The notes: generated by a model not told the origin, from the letters alone. A stretch of 64,000 bases of DNA from Octopus vulgaris (GCA_951406725.2 OX597834.1:37758001-37822000); one strand, 5' to 3'; positions 1 through 13,868 are shown, numbered from the stretch's first letter. Numbers and translations are program-made.

Positions 1-163
1 GTGTATGTGTGGTGTTTGTGTGCGTGCGTGTGACAGTGTGTGCATACGTATATATATAAATATAGGTATATATGTACGTAATATATTTATATATTTATAA
101 GTACATACAGGTATATATATTATATGTATGTGTGTATATAGTTATATATATGTTTAGATAGCT

Positions 164-215
<52 letters not shown>

Positions 216-240
216 CCATAGAACTAGCTATCTCTATCTA

Positions 241-289
<49 letters not shown>

Positions 290-361
290 ATATGTATATA
301 TATATGCGTGTGTGTGTATATATGTGTGTGTGCCTGTGCACATATATAAAGAGAACGATAG

Positions 362-373
362 TTAGATAGATAA

Positions 374-435
<62 letters not shown>

Positions 436-456
436 TGATTGATTGATTGATTGATT

Positions 457-543
<87 letters not shown>

Positions 544-560
544 TGATTGATTGATAGATA
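362..560. repeat. (GATA)n/(GATT)n microsatellite
   Basis: Directly visible tetranucleotide array. Confidence 0.95.
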
Positions 561-879
561 GGCTATTATCAGTTAGTAGGCTATTAAGATCGCTATCCAA
601 CAATTCAGCTGAGTATTGAATAGAATATGCTGAGCGGAGATATACTGTATTAAGTGTCGCCTGATAGATAAGCTTTGATCCATTTTCGTAGTCCATAGAA
701 TCTCAAATAGACTTGAATCTATGGCCAGTTAAGGATGACTTAGAAATTTGCCCGTCGGCTATACTCAGTAATATATAAATGTGTGTCAGTATTTGTCTAT
801 GCTTATGACTGGGTGTCTATATGCGTATTTCCATGAATGTCTGTATATATGTGTGTGTATATATCTCTCTCTCACTCTT

Positions 880-931
<52 letters not shown>

Positions 932-1408
932 TGTACACAATGGCGAGTAGACTTGCGCTCCTGACAATAGCCTTGCAAAATTGCGAAAAAATTCGGTTGT
1001 GTGTGAGAATGAAAGTATTTTCCGCTTTTAGCAAAATTTTCGCCCGGCCATCGAAATCCTTACCTGTGTTAAATATAAATATCAAATCTTGCACAAGTGA
1101 TTTGGGGAAAACACTCTCGAAAAGAAAAGTGCTATGGATCGCATAATTCTCGAGGAAAAGTTAATTATTGTGGACCACACTATTACCTCTCTTAACCTCT
1201 CTCTCACTCTCTTGATATATATATATATATATTATATAATACATTATTATTAATATCAAGAAATCAATATTAGAAAATTCTTCAGAAAGATATATAGGTG
1301 TGTAAAATAATTGTTGTATTAAAAATATAAATATATGTAAATATATATAAGTATAAATATATAATAATAAATATGACAGTTTAAAAGTTTTGAATTAAGT
1401 ATTTAAAG

Positions 1409-1500
1409 CATCTTACGATCGTTTCGCAAAAGTGATGTCCCTATAAAGGAATCCTATATTGATAAGCATTTATAGACAACTCTTCTGTTCTTCAGAGATA
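1409..1500 (-). ncRNA. Type I hammerhead ribozyme motif (Penelope-type) with long stem II
   Basis: Minus strand: TATCT-CTGAAGA-[ACAGAAG..GTTGTCTATAAA..loop..TTTATAGGGACATC..CTTTTGC]-GAAA-CGATC-GTA-AGATG. Stem I TATCT/AGATG, palindromic stem III ACGATCGT, GUA triplet. Confidence 0.75.
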
Positions 1501-1849
1501 TAAAATGTGAAATTTGTATAATTTATCGAATGGTAGTTTTTTTTAAAAGCAGCGCGAACAAAAGTCAAACAGCAGTTTTCTTTGGATATGGCGCAAAGGA
1601 TCGTGTTTAGCTGATTTAGCTACAACAAACTCAAAATCAAAGAAACACGCACCAGAATGCAAGACGATAGCTAAGAGTGAAAGATCCAGGGTGGAAGACC
1701 TCAACGCTTCCACAAATGTCAGACCAGTGGCCATTTCGGACGCCCCATACACTACACCAGCGCGATTGCTAAATGCCATAGGCCTTGTAACATCCCACCT
1801 GCGCAAAAAAACCCACACCAGAGAGACCTAGGTACCACGTAATATGCAC

Positions 1850-2070
1850 TATGGTTTCAAATTTTGTCACAAGGCTAGAAATTTTGGGGGAAGCGGATTA
1901 GTAGATTACATCGATTCCAGTACGCGACTGGTATTTAATCTATCGACCCCGAAAGGATGAAAGGAAAAGTCGACCTCGGCGGAATTCGAACTCAGAAAGT
2001 AAAGACGAACGAAGTGCTGCCAAACATGCTTCCCGGCGTTGCTAACGATTCTGCCAGTTCGCCGCCTTAA
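1850..2070 (-). mobile_element. SINE family A (tRNA-like head, Deu/Nin-like core)
   Basis: Matches the recurrent unit ggcggcgarctggcagaa.cgttagc...gagttcaaattccgccgaggtcgactttgcctttcatcctttcggggtcgat. Confidence 0.85.
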
Positions 2071-2687
2071 TACAACACACCACAGAATATGCATGGCACT
2101 AACAGATACGACCATCCTTATAAATTTTGTACTTCTATTTTACTTTAGATACCCATAAAGATAAAACCATTATCATGAACATCATGAGCACTTTGGACTT
2201 CTGTCGTGTCATTCCGCACCGTACGGCATTCATGTTTGTGTGTATAAGCTTCTGTGTAGTATCACTGCGTCACGTGGAGATATTACGTCACGATAACCTT
2301 TCCCTTGTATAATAAGTTTCCATTTATTTGTCTATTATAATTTTCTATTTTATTTCCTTTTAAATACGTAAACTTCCATGTAACTACTTTTAAGAACATT
2401 TATTGCTGTTAGAATATCTGTTGATGTCTGTGAAACCTGTGTTGTAGCAATTTGTGCCAGAAGAGACTGTAAATACGAAGAAAAAAGAAAGTGATGTATG
2501 TATTGATCAAAAGATAGACGTGCAGAGACATATGTTCGCAGTTGAGTAAAATACTGTGTACGTGCGTCTGTATGTCTATACAACTGTTTATATAAGTGTA
2601 TAGATTTGTATTTGTTTGAAAAGGTGTGTTTATTTACGATTCTCGGTATACGTGCGCACATTTATATGTATCTCCGTATGCTTCTGT

Positions 2688-2698
2688 CTATCTATCTT

Positions 2699-2793
<95 letters not shown>

Positions 2794-3120
2794 GGCTGGC
2801 TGGCTGGCTGTCTGGCTGTCTGTCTGTATGTATGTATGTATATGTGTATGTGTGTATGTGTGTGTATGTATGCGTGTGTATGTATGTGTATGTGTGTATG
2901 TATATGTATATGTATGTGTGTGCATGTGTGTATGTATGTGTGTGTGTATGTGTGTATGTGTGTATGTATATGTGTATGTATGTGTGTGTATGTGTGTATG
3001 TATGTGTGTGTATGTAAGTGTGTATGTATGTATGTATGTATGTATGTATGTGTGTGTGAGTGTGTGAGCGCGTGTGTGTATGTGTGTCTATATGTGTCTA
3101 TATGTGTTTATGTATATACG
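2688..3120. repeat. Compound (CTAT)n-(CTGT)n-(GTAT/GT)n microsatellite
   Basis: Directly visible. Confidence 0.95.
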
Positions 3121-3250
3121 AGAGATTGCTGAAAAGATCCTGGCTTTGGGTAAAAGAAAATACAGAAGGATCATTTAATTATGATTTTATTCAACATATA
3201 CCCTTCTCATACCTTAGGAATGAGAACCCAGGTTCGAAATTTCCCCAAGA

Positions 3251-3292
3251 CACCTGATGAGGGCTGGAGGGTATATCAGCCGAAACGTTGTG
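3251..3292 (+). ncRNA. Minimal type I hammerhead ribozyme motif in a Penelope-type terminal repeat
   Basis: CAC-CTGATGA-G-GGCTG-gagggtatat-CAGCC-GAAA-C-GTT-GTG; stem III is the palindrome AACGTT. Confidence 0.7.
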
Positions 3293-3490
3293 CTAACAAG
3301 AAACAAGATGAGGACAAATATCCGTCAAATGTAATTAATGTAAATAATGTATATACCCCTCTCATGTTGACACACTTATTGCAGTGGTCCTTCAATTTTT
3401 TCTAAACCCTGTAAAAGAACTTAGACGGTTGCGCGTCCAGCCTGGCGCTTCGCGACACCCTTCAAGTAAGGAAATTGTTGTAAATTTATA

Positions 3491-3717
3491 TAGTAATCCC
3501 TCGATTATCGCGGGTGTTACGTTCCAAAACACCCCACAATAGGTGAAAATCCGCGAAATAGAAACAGTAGTGTATTGTATATTTTTTTCCATTATTTTTA
3601 TAATTTGTATATATTTATTTTATCATAAACGTAAAACAACACCATGGAGGAATCGGCGGCGTGAGCTTAAATAATAAACCGCGATATGTGAAACCGCGTT
3701 ATGGCGAGGAATTACTC
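3491..3717. mobile_element. Tigger/pogo-like MITE
   Basis: Imperfect terminal inverted repeats tagtaatccctcg ... cgaggaattactc flanked by TA. Confidence 0.65.
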
Positions 3718-3936
3718 TATACATATCAAGCCTAACCGTGTTTATCTGCATCACTATCTTCATATAAACCCACCTGGATTTCTTTTATAACTACTCGTTA
3801 ATCCGTGGACCTAATCCTCGGTTTCAGTATTCAAATCATTTAAGGTCTCAAGTGTTTTCTATTCTGAGCATTTATAGTTCGCATCTTTTGACAGAATATT
3901 TATATACAAAGTATTTTTCTATAAAACATGATACAT

Positions 3937-4125
3937 AATGGTTTCAAATTTTGGCACAAGGCCAGCAATTTGCGAGTAGGGAGTAAGTCGATTACTTTAT
4001 TGATCTCCGAAAGGATGAAAGGTAAAGTCGACCTCGGTGGAATTTGAACTCAGATCGTAAATACTGACGAAGTACCTCTAAGCATGTTACCTCGTGTACT
4101 AACGATTCGGTCGATTCGACACCTT
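3937..4125 (-). mobile_element. SINE family A, degenerate copy
   Basis: aaggatgaaaggtaaagtcgacctcggtggaatttgaactcag core. Confidence 0.8.
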
Positions 4126-4145
4126 TGTATTATTATACATAATGA

Positions 4146-4530
4146 TGAGGCGGTGAGCCGGCAGAATCAGTAGCATGCCGGGCAGGATGCTTAGCGGTAT
4201 TTTGTCTGCCGTTACGTTATGAGTTCAAATTCCGCCGAGGTCGACTTTGCCTTTCATCCTTTCGGGGTCGATAAAATAAGTACCAGTTACACACTGGAGT
4301 CGATGTAATCGACTTAATCCGTTTGTCTGTCCTTGTTTGTCCTCTCTGTGTTTAGCCCCTTGTGGGTAGTAAAGAAATAGGTATTTCGTCTGCCGCTGCG
4401 TTCTGAGTTCAAATTTCTCCGAGGCCAACTTTGCGTCTATACATTAAGTACCAGTTGCGTACTGGGGTTGATCTAATCGACTGACCCCCTCGCCCAAAAT
4501 TTCGGGCCTTGTACCTAGAGTATAAAATAG
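4146..4530 (+). mobile_element. SINE family A dimer
   Basis: Full head and body ending aaagaaatag, followed at 4381 by gtatttcgtctgcc... a second body with a different tail. Confidence 0.85.
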
Positions 4531-4890
4531 TATATACTCAAGAGAACTAGATGCTTCTGGTAGCATGGTGTATATTTCAAACACAAGCAGAAACTTCTTC
4601 AGTCGAGGTCAGATAAAAGACATTCAAAATAAACTGAGTTACGCATATCAGGATGATGAATTAGGTAGGGCACGAGGATAAGAGGGTGTTTGCTTGTGTA
4701 TTTGATATGCACCCAACTACTAGAAACTTGAATAACATGTTCCGAGTTTCATACATTTGCCTCGGGATGCTTCAATTCAGTTTCACTGCATTAAATTATA
4801 TTAAGATTTATGCTTGTATATACGTATACAAGTAGCTATCTATCTATTTATCTATCTATATATCACGTCTCTCTATCTGTCCCTATCTCT

Positions 4891-4926
<36 letters not shown>

Positions 4927-5163
4927 ATATATATATATACACTTATATATACACTTATATATGCGTGTGTGTGTGTGTTTGCATGTATATATGCATACAT
5001 ACATATAAAGACGTATATGCATTTACATACATATACACATATATATATATATATACATATATATATTTATATATGCATGTATATATATAATATATATATG
5101 CATGTATATATATATATATATATAATATATATAATATATATAACATATATATATAATATATAT

Positions 5164-5202
<39 letters not shown>

Positions 5203-6169
5203 ATATATAATATATATAACATATATATAATATATATAACATATATATAATATACATAATATATATAACATATATATAATATATATAACATAATATATAT
5301 AACATATATATATATATATATATATATATAACACATATATATATATATATGTGTGTGTATGTTAATAACGCTCTAGGTTATTTGTTAATCGAACTCTTTG
5401 GTGAAATTCTGCGAAAGAGAAAAAGAATATAAGCATTCTTGTAGTATTTTGAGAATTATTTATAATTTATAGCTGCAAGCTTAGGTTAAACTTTAACTTG
5501 TTGATACGCTTTGCTTTAGATTGTCTACATACAAAGAGGCAAGAATTGAATTCAATAGCATTTCAATTTAATACTTATACTTCGCGTTTTACCTTGTCCG
5601 TCTCGCGTGTGTGTATATACCTTAGTTTAATTGAAATATATTTCGTTTGTCCTCGGGCTTGAAAAGAAAAACAAAAACAGAATATTGCTCGTGTTTTTAA
5701 TATACACCAAGTCACCAGAATCACGTACATCACTTGGTTCTATAACATAAATATGTGTATATTTATTTCAGTGGCTTGTCATTGAGTTGTTTTTCAGTTT
5801 AGATTACATAATATTATATTATATGAAAATGTGTACGTATATTTACTTGATGCGCCGAGAAAACTGTGAACAAAGTTTAGCAGGCCTTAAATGGAGATCG
5901 ATTTTACGTAATGTTAGATGGCATACATTCAATTGTAAGTTTCCCATTTCTCTTTTAGACACATAGCGACACCATCATCATGGCAGATTGTAACCTGACA
6001 GGAAATGAAAAGGTACGCCGTTTTTATGTTTGTATCCATCAATTACATTGATTACGAGATCGCTAGGTTCTTGTACAGGTTTGGGTCTTCGTGTTTAAAT
6101 TCAGGAAAGAACTGAGGGCATCAGATGGTGATATAGTAAGAACAAAGATCTCTCCGTTTTTTTCCCTCT

Positions 6170-6325
6170 CTCCATTGTGTTCTTTCCTCATTCCTTTCTC
6201 TAGAAGAACGTAAGCTCGAAACGTCAAAGACCCTTCCATTTTCCCTAAGCGTGAAACTAATACATCGTGTTTGTTGTTCTCTCACCTATCTTCTGTTTTA
6301 TCTTGTATTTTTACAATTTTGAACC
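6170..6325 (+). mobile_element. Penelope-type terminal repeat with decayed hammerhead (6194-6229)
   Basis: CTTT-ctctaga-agaacgtaagctc-GAAA-C-GTC-AAAG; same family as 18518-18553 and the 45.1-45.5 kb pair. Confidence 0.55.
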
Positions 6326-6514
6326 ACATTTTTAAAGAACAGTCGTTGTCAAGACAGCCAAGATCGCCAAAGAAACGCGGTCTTCATATTATACACAAAC
6401 ACATACACATATGAATGCAGACATACATACATACATACATACATACATACATACATACATACATACATACATACATACAAACGTGCATACATAGATATAT
6501 GTATATTATTTTAT

Positions 6515-6812
6515 TCTTTTATTTGTTTCAGTCACTTGACTGCGACCATGCTGAAACACCGCCTTTTTTTTTGTTTAGCAGAAATTGACCCCAGAACGTA
6601 TTCTTTGTAAGCCGATACTTATCTTATTCGTCTCTTTTGTCGAACGGCTAGGTTACGGGGACGTAGACACACCAACATCAGTTGTCAAGCGATGGAGGGG
6701 AGACAAACACAGACACACATATAATTTCAGTTTCCGTCTACCAAATCCACTCACTGAACCCGGAAACATATGGTTGGGAAGCAAGCTACTTACCACACAG
6801 CCACGCCCGCGC
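6515..6812 (-). mobile_element. SINE family B, internally deleted
   Basis: tgtttcagtca...ccatgctg...gaccccag...tttcagtttccgtctaccaaatccactcac...ttaccacacagcca. Confidence 0.8.
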
Positions 6813-6831
6813 CTAATATATATATATATAT

Positions 6832-7190
6832 ATCATATCACATCATATCATATCACATCATATCACATCATATCATATCATATATCATATCACATCATAT
6901 CATATCATATCATATATCACATCATATCACATCATATCATATCATATCATATCATATCATATCACATCATATCACATCATATCATATCATATCATCATCA
7001 TATCATATCATATCATCATATCATCATATCATCATCATATCATATCATATCATATCACATCATATCATATCATATCATATCATATCATATCATATCACAT
7101 CATATCATATCACATCATATCATATCATATCACATCACATCATATCATATCATATCACATCATATCATATCATATCACATCATATCATAT
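6832..7190. repeat. (ATCAT)n pentanucleotide array with ATCAC variants
   Basis: Directly visible. Confidence 0.95.
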
Positions 7191-8344
7191 CGCCGCCGCT
7201 GATAGTTTTTGATCTTATTCGCACCAGGCACCAAACTCGTACTGAACCAGCATCGACCGTCGTGCGGATTGACAAGGGACGCCTTCCGATCTCATGTACA
7301 GGAAGTAGTTGGAAAAATATACTGTGTTCTTCCCTAGTGGTGTACCACTAGGAATAAACCTGCAACTTGTATGTATGCATGTATGTATGTATGTATGTAT
7401 GTATGTATGTATGTATGTATGTGTGTGTGTGTGTGTAGATGTTTGTTTTTAGGTTTTTATCGTCAGCCTGAGGTAGACAAATACGCCGAAGCGTCGAAGT
7501 CACTGACACCTCTCTTGTAAGAGTTTCATAAATAAGTGTGTGTGCATATATATGCGTGTGTGTGTATTCATATTCGGTCGTGTGTATGTCTGTATGTTCA
7601 TATATATAAATATATTGGTGGGGGTGCATGTATATTCATATATATGTGTGTGTGTGTGTGTATACACAAACACAAACACACACAAGCCCATTACAGCGAA
7701 AGGACAGACAATATTTGTTTTTTGTATTTGCTGTCGTCATTGTTTTTGGCTTATTTTCATTTTTCTATTTTCTTATTCATATTATTTCGTTTGGCTTGCT
7801 TTCCTCTCCTCCCACCCTCACTTCACACCTCACCTCCCCTCTTCAATCTTCCCTCCTTTCTTCTTTCCTTTCTGCTTACACGCTTTCTCTCTTTTTTTTT
7901 TCTCTCTCTCTCTCTCTTTTTTTCTATCTCTCTCCATCCCTTTCCACTCTTCTCTCGTTCCCTTCTTTTATCAGACATATTCTTCTCCAATGTCTTGGAC
8001 AAACGTCTGACAGAACCGTTACACATTACATATTCCCTTTCATAGCGCTGAGACCGTTTAAAGCTTTGCTGGTCGTCCAAAATGTCTGCTGTCCAACGTT
8101 GTGTAGTAAATAAAACATCAAAGGGAGACAACAAAGCGGAAATAAAGTGTAAACCAAGCAAAAAAAGATAAAACGTAACGATCTCGAGTCTAGAATATGT
8201 GTGTGTGTGTAAGCATTTATATGTGTATGCATACGAGTATGCATGAGTATATGTGTGTATGTGTGTGTATATATATATATGTATATGTATGTATGTATAT
8301 ACATATTTATATATATATATATATATATACATTTCTCACTTTCG

Positions 8345-8383
<39 letters not shown>

Positions 8384-8499
8384 GCCCATATATACAAACT
8401 TTATACACACCTACGTTCTGCTTATGTTGTGATATAATATACACATACATAAACAGCTGCTCATACTTAACCATGCACGCTGACCGACAGACAAACGTT

Positions 8500-9286
8500 C
8501 ATGTATAATACATGCATACACACAGATAAACACATAAATACATACATATACACACATATAAATACATATATGCATGCCTACATACATGAATACAATAACA
8601 CACATATATACATACATACATGCATAGATACATACATACATGCATGCATACACACATACACATACATACACACACATACATACAGACATACATACATGCC
8701 TAGATACGCACATAGATTCATATATGCATACATACGTACATACACACACATACATACATACATACATACAAGCATACATACACAAACATACACAGATGCA
8801 GATATACACACATACATACATACACACACACATACATACATGCATACATACACACACATACATATGTGCATGCATGAAACACACACATGTATGCATACAT
8901 ACTACATACATACATGCATGTATACACACATGCATACATACACACATACATACAGACTGACAGACATGCATACACGCAAACAAATACATTCATACATACA
9001 TGCATACATACATACATACATACATACATACATACATACATACATACATACATACATACATACATACATACATACATAAATACATACATACATACATACA
9101 CACATACATACATACATACATACATACATACACACAAACATACACACATACATACATACATACACACATACATACATACATACACACATACATACATACA
9201 TACTTACATACATACATACATACATACATAACAAACATACATACATACACACATACATGCGTACATACATACATACATACACACAT

Positions 9287-9317
<31 letters not shown>

Positions 9318-9392
9318 TACATACATACATACATACATACATACATACATACACAACACACATTCATACATACATACATACATACATACACA
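8500..9392. repeat. Degenerate (ACAT)n/(AC)n array
   Basis: Directly visible. Confidence 0.95.
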
Positions 9393-9639
9393 TGGAACCA
9401 GTCTAGATGTGAGGATGGTAGAGCAATCGCTTCAAGTATTCAGTGTCCTCGAGTTTCCCAATCGAACCGCTAACAAAGTCAACAGACATTTTGGTGTAAT
9501 GCCAACGTAGAATTAAGATACAGACGTCTGCTGTAGTCGTTGATGATCGTTTCACTGTTGTTGTTGTCGTTGTTGCTGCTGATGATGTTGATGGCGTTGC
9601 TGTAGCTGTTGATCTTTTTAATTATTCTTTTTATTTTTT

Positions 9640-10060
9640 AACTCGTTAAACAGCGCCAGTCTGGGGTACCGTCTCGAAGGATGGAAGAATCGACCCCGGT
9701 GGTTATTTTCCTTTTTTTATTTTTGTTTTTTTTTTCTATTAAACCTGATACTTACTTGATCGGTCTCCTTTGCTGAACCGCTAGTTTACGGGAACGTAAA
9801 CACATACACACACACACACACACACACATATTTTTTTACTTTTTTAGTCTTTCACTTGTTTCAGTCATTGGATTGTAGCCATTCTGGGGCACCACCTTAA
9901 AGGTTTTTTAGTCAAACAAGTCGACCCCAGGACTTATTTTTTTAAAGCCTGGTACTTATTCGATCGGTGTCTCTTTGCTGAACCGCTAGTTTGCGGGGAC
10001 CTAACACATCAATACCGGTGGTCAAGCGGTGATGGAGGACAAACACAGACATAAAAACAC
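9640..10060 (-). mobile_element. Two tandem SINE family B 3' halves
   Basis: Two copies of gaccccrg...tacttay...gatcggt..ctttgctgaaccgctagttt.cggg. Confidence 0.75.
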
Positions 10061-10124
10061 ACACACATGGACATCTACATACATATATTTGTAATGTATA
10101 TATATACATATATATATATATATA

Positions 10125-10160
<36 letters not shown>

Positions 10161-10875
10161 ATATTAATTAGATTATTGGATTAAGTCTTTCTTTGTTTGA
10201 TTTGCATAATAGTGGTTTTGTCTCTAATTAATATTATATAATATTTTACTATAAAATTGGATTCAGTCCTAAATCTGATTTTTCCCTGTAAATTTGGATT
10301 TATTCCCTAATATTTATTATTATATATATACATATATATAAATTTTGTACGACTCTATTGTTATTTCTATTCTTTCCTTCTTTCTATCTGCTCCTTCACA
10401 CTTCTTTCATTCCACTCTTCGTTCTTTCGTTACCTCTCTCTCACATTTCCTGGCCTTCTCTTCATGCTCACCTTCCCACCTCTTTCACTTCTCTCTGTCC
10501 CTCTCATTTTTTTCTCGCCCCTCCTTAATTCTTCTACCCCTCTGCCTCTAATTCATCCATACATGCATACGTACACACATACATACAGACATACATACAT
10601 GCATACATACATACATACATACATACATACATACATACATACATACATACAGACATACATACATACATACATACACACACACATACATACATACATACAT
10701 ACATACATACATACATACATACATACATACATACATACATACATACATACATACATACATACATACATACACACATACATACAGACATACATACATACAT
10801 ACATACATACATACATACATACATACATACATACAGACATACATACATACATACATACACACATACATACACACA

Positions 10876-10908
<33 letters not shown>

Positions 10909-10914
10909 TCATTT

Positions 10915-11325
10915 ATTCTCTTACTCCTTTCAGTCATACTGGAGCACTGCCTTTTTAGTCGAAGAAATCGACCCTAGGACTTCTTTGCAAGCCGGGTACT
11001 TATTCTATCAGTCTCTTTTGCCGAACTGCTAAGTTACGGGGACGTAAACACACTAGCATCGGTTGTCAAGCGATGGTGGGTGGGTGGGAACAAACACAGA
11101 CACAGAGACACATACCTAAATACACACAGACAAACACACACCCACATACACACACGCACACATATATACGATGGGCTTTTTTTCAGTTTCCGTCTACCAA
11201 ATCTACTCACGAGGCTTTGGTCGGCCCGAGGCAATATTAGAAGGCACTTGCTCAAAGTGCCTCGCAGTGGGACTGAACCCGGAACCATGTTGTCGGGATG
11301 CAAACTCCTTTACCACACAGCCACT
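10915..11325 (-). mobile_element. SINE family B, near full length
   Basis: Tail, central microsatellite and head ...gcagtgggactgaacccggaaccatg...taccacacagccac all present. Confidence 0.85.
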
Positions 11326-11552
11326 TACATACATACACTTACATACATGCTTACACACACACATATACATACATACATACATACATATATACATACATAC
11401 ATACATACATACATACATACATACAATAGATGAAATCCAGAGATGCTCAATATAGAAAATAATTAGTAGCGTTCAAATGATCAGAACTTACAATCTTTAC
11501 CGAGGACTAAGATTGCAGAATAAAAGAGTGGCCGTAAGAGGAATCCAGGGGA

Positions 11553-11641
<89 letters not shown>

Positions 11642-11734
11642 TGTGTGTGTGTGTGTGTATTACGTGGGAAAGAAGGCCTGCCGCATTTCAAGATAGATGG
11701 GAAAGAAACAAATGCTTCGGTGATTTTTAAATGA

Positions 11735-12375
11735 TATATCCAATTAAGATATTTGCTCTCATTATTCATGACACGGTCTCATCTATTTAGCAAATTGTCG
11801 ATCACTCAGGCGTAAAATTCTTCAGATTTTGAAGCAAAGAAACACTAAATATCATTTTTAACCTCTTCCCAATTAATGAACTGATTTCGATCTAAATAAT
11901 CTTGCAATAAACTAAAGAGATGATGGTCAGATGGTCAGATGGAGCAAGATGAAGGGAGAAAAGAAAACGAGGCATAATAGCTTCCATATTTAGAGTCATA
12001 GTTTTTTCCTGTGTGACTTGGTCAATATGTGTATTGACTTGGACAATATGGCATTATCGTGAAGGAGCAACATCTCTTTACGATTGACCAACAACGGGCG
12101 CTTTTCCTATAAATTTTTGTGCAATATTTCCAGTTGATGACAATCCATTCCTGCATTAAATGTTTCATTTTGGTTTAATACTTTACGATAGAAAGACGTC
12201 GCCCTTCATCTCGCACCAAACACATAACATTTTTCGGGTGTGATCCTATTTTAGGAACTTTCCTCTTTCATTTGATGCTAACCATTGTTGTTTTCGTTGG
12301 ATATGTGAATAGAGAATCCACTTTTCCTCACTTGTGATGATTCTACTCAGGTAAGGCTCAGAAGTGAGGGCAACT
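11735..12375 (-). pseudogene. mariner-family transposase fossil
   Basis: Minus-strand fragments YLSRIITSEEKWILY, MLCVW, EKRPLLVNRKEMLLLHDNA, LAPSDH..HLFSLLQDYL, EEVKND..FFASKSEEFY match the mariner motifs TGDEKW / HDNA / SPDLAPSDYHLF; stops and frameshifts present. Confidence 0.9.
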
Positions 12376-12574
12376 CTTTGATTAAACTTTCGGGATCGAT
12401 AACTGAAGGACCAGTGATGGACTGGGGTCGATGTAAACGACCTACCCAACTCCCAAATTTCAGGCCTTATGCCTTTGGTAGAAATGATTATTATTAATAT
12501 CATTATTGTTATTATTCTTTCGTAACACAGTGCTGGTAAAAATGCACCGGAGTCTTTAGTCATCTGTCAAGTCA

Positions 12575-13040
12575 CAACAAGGACCTCAGACATCCTTAAG
12601 ATGCGCGCTGTGTCCAATAAGGCTGCTTTTTGCAAGACAACAATCTTGCATGTTGTTTCCAGTTGCCTTAAGAAGTCTTGAAGTTTCAATGGGAATGAGC
12701 CCAATGCTCCAATAACCACTAGTATCACTCTTACATTACCCTCTCGCATTCCATATACTTTTGCCATTTCCACTTTCAGTTCGGAGTACTTGGTGATTTT
12801 TTCAACCTCTTTACTCACAACATTCATATCATTTAGTATGGCTACATCAATGATCTGACAGTATTTGTCTCTCTTATTCAATATGACAATATCCGGCCGA
12901 CGGTGTTCGATTACACGATCCGTCTGAAAATAATCATCGTCCCAGAGTGTCGTTACTTTTCCATTCTCCTGCATAACTTTACTTGGTACATGATCATACC
13001 AATTCTCTGTTACTTCATATTGGTATGTATCCCATAAGAG
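12575..13040 (-). mobile_element. Non-LTR retrotransposon fragment, restriction-like endonuclease domain (R4/Dong-like)
   Basis: WYDHVP...LWD..FQTDRVIEHRRPDIVI...IIDVAI...KEVEKITKYSEL...VVIGALG...LQKAALLDTARILR (PD-D/ExK nuclease C-terminus). Confidence 0.9.
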
Positions 13041-13099
13041 CCAATGAAGACACACACACACACACACTTTATCGTGGCGATATTAATATTATTATTATT

Positions 13100-13333
13100 A
13101 GGCGGCGAGCTGGCTGAAACGTTAGCACGCCGGGCGAAATGCTTTGCAGTATTTCGTCCGCCGCTGCGTTCTGAGTTCAAATTCCACCGAGGTCGACTTT
13201 ACCTTTCATCTTTCGGGGTCGATTAAATTAAGTACCAGTTACGCACTGGGGTCGATGTAATCGACTTAATCCGTTTGTCTATCCTTGTGTGTCCACTCTG
13301 TGTTTAGCCCATTGTGGATAGTAAAGGAATAGA

Positions 13334-13335
<2 letters not shown>
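13100..13335 (+). mobile_element. SINE family A monomer within (ATT)n
   Basis: ggcggcgagctggctgaaacgttagcacgccgggcg...gtaaaggaatag flanked by attattatt. Confidence 0.9.
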
Positions 13336-13368
<33 letters not shown>

Positions 13369-13834
13369 GAGTGTTGTTGTTATTCATTTTGATCATCATA
13401 TACAAGAACGTGTATAGACATCCTTATAATGTTTATTTTATTCAATTTTTGGAAAATTGAAGCATGTCTTTGACAATTCCGGAGTGTAGTGAACCTATTT
13501 TGTGCGTGACTTTTAGCCCACCCTGTGTGTGTGTATTAAGACATACAAACACACACACTTATATAAAGATTTCTAGCGCTGGTGGAAGACTACACATTTC
13601 CAGGAAAGGCAGAATCGATTGGATCGAAGCCAATACTTGACCGTTACTTTATATTATTGACCTGGAGCAATGAAAGATAGATTACATAACTAAATACTAA
13701 ATACTATAAGGCATTTTGTCCGACACACCTCGCTTTCCATTATCTTCCACTTTCGCATATAATGAATATGCATGCCTGCGTCTCCGCGTATGTGTATGTG
13801 TCTGTGTGTGTGTTTCTGTGTGTGGGTGCGTGTG

Positions 13835-13868
<34 letters not shown>

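Noticed and set aside
7975-8113. Plus-strand frame ending VCCPTLCSK after a pyrimidine tract
   Set aside because: The spacing is not CCxxxxCN, there is no GPI tail or partner exon, and the pyrimidine tract is a CT microsatellite.
12567-13067. PD-(D/E)xK nuclease as a stand-alone or RNA-guided system (also 28782 and 63469)
   Set aside because: The motifs match the C-terminal RLE domain of 5'-truncated non-LTR retrotransposons; no RuvC/TnpB/Fanzor motifs were recognised anywhere in the window.
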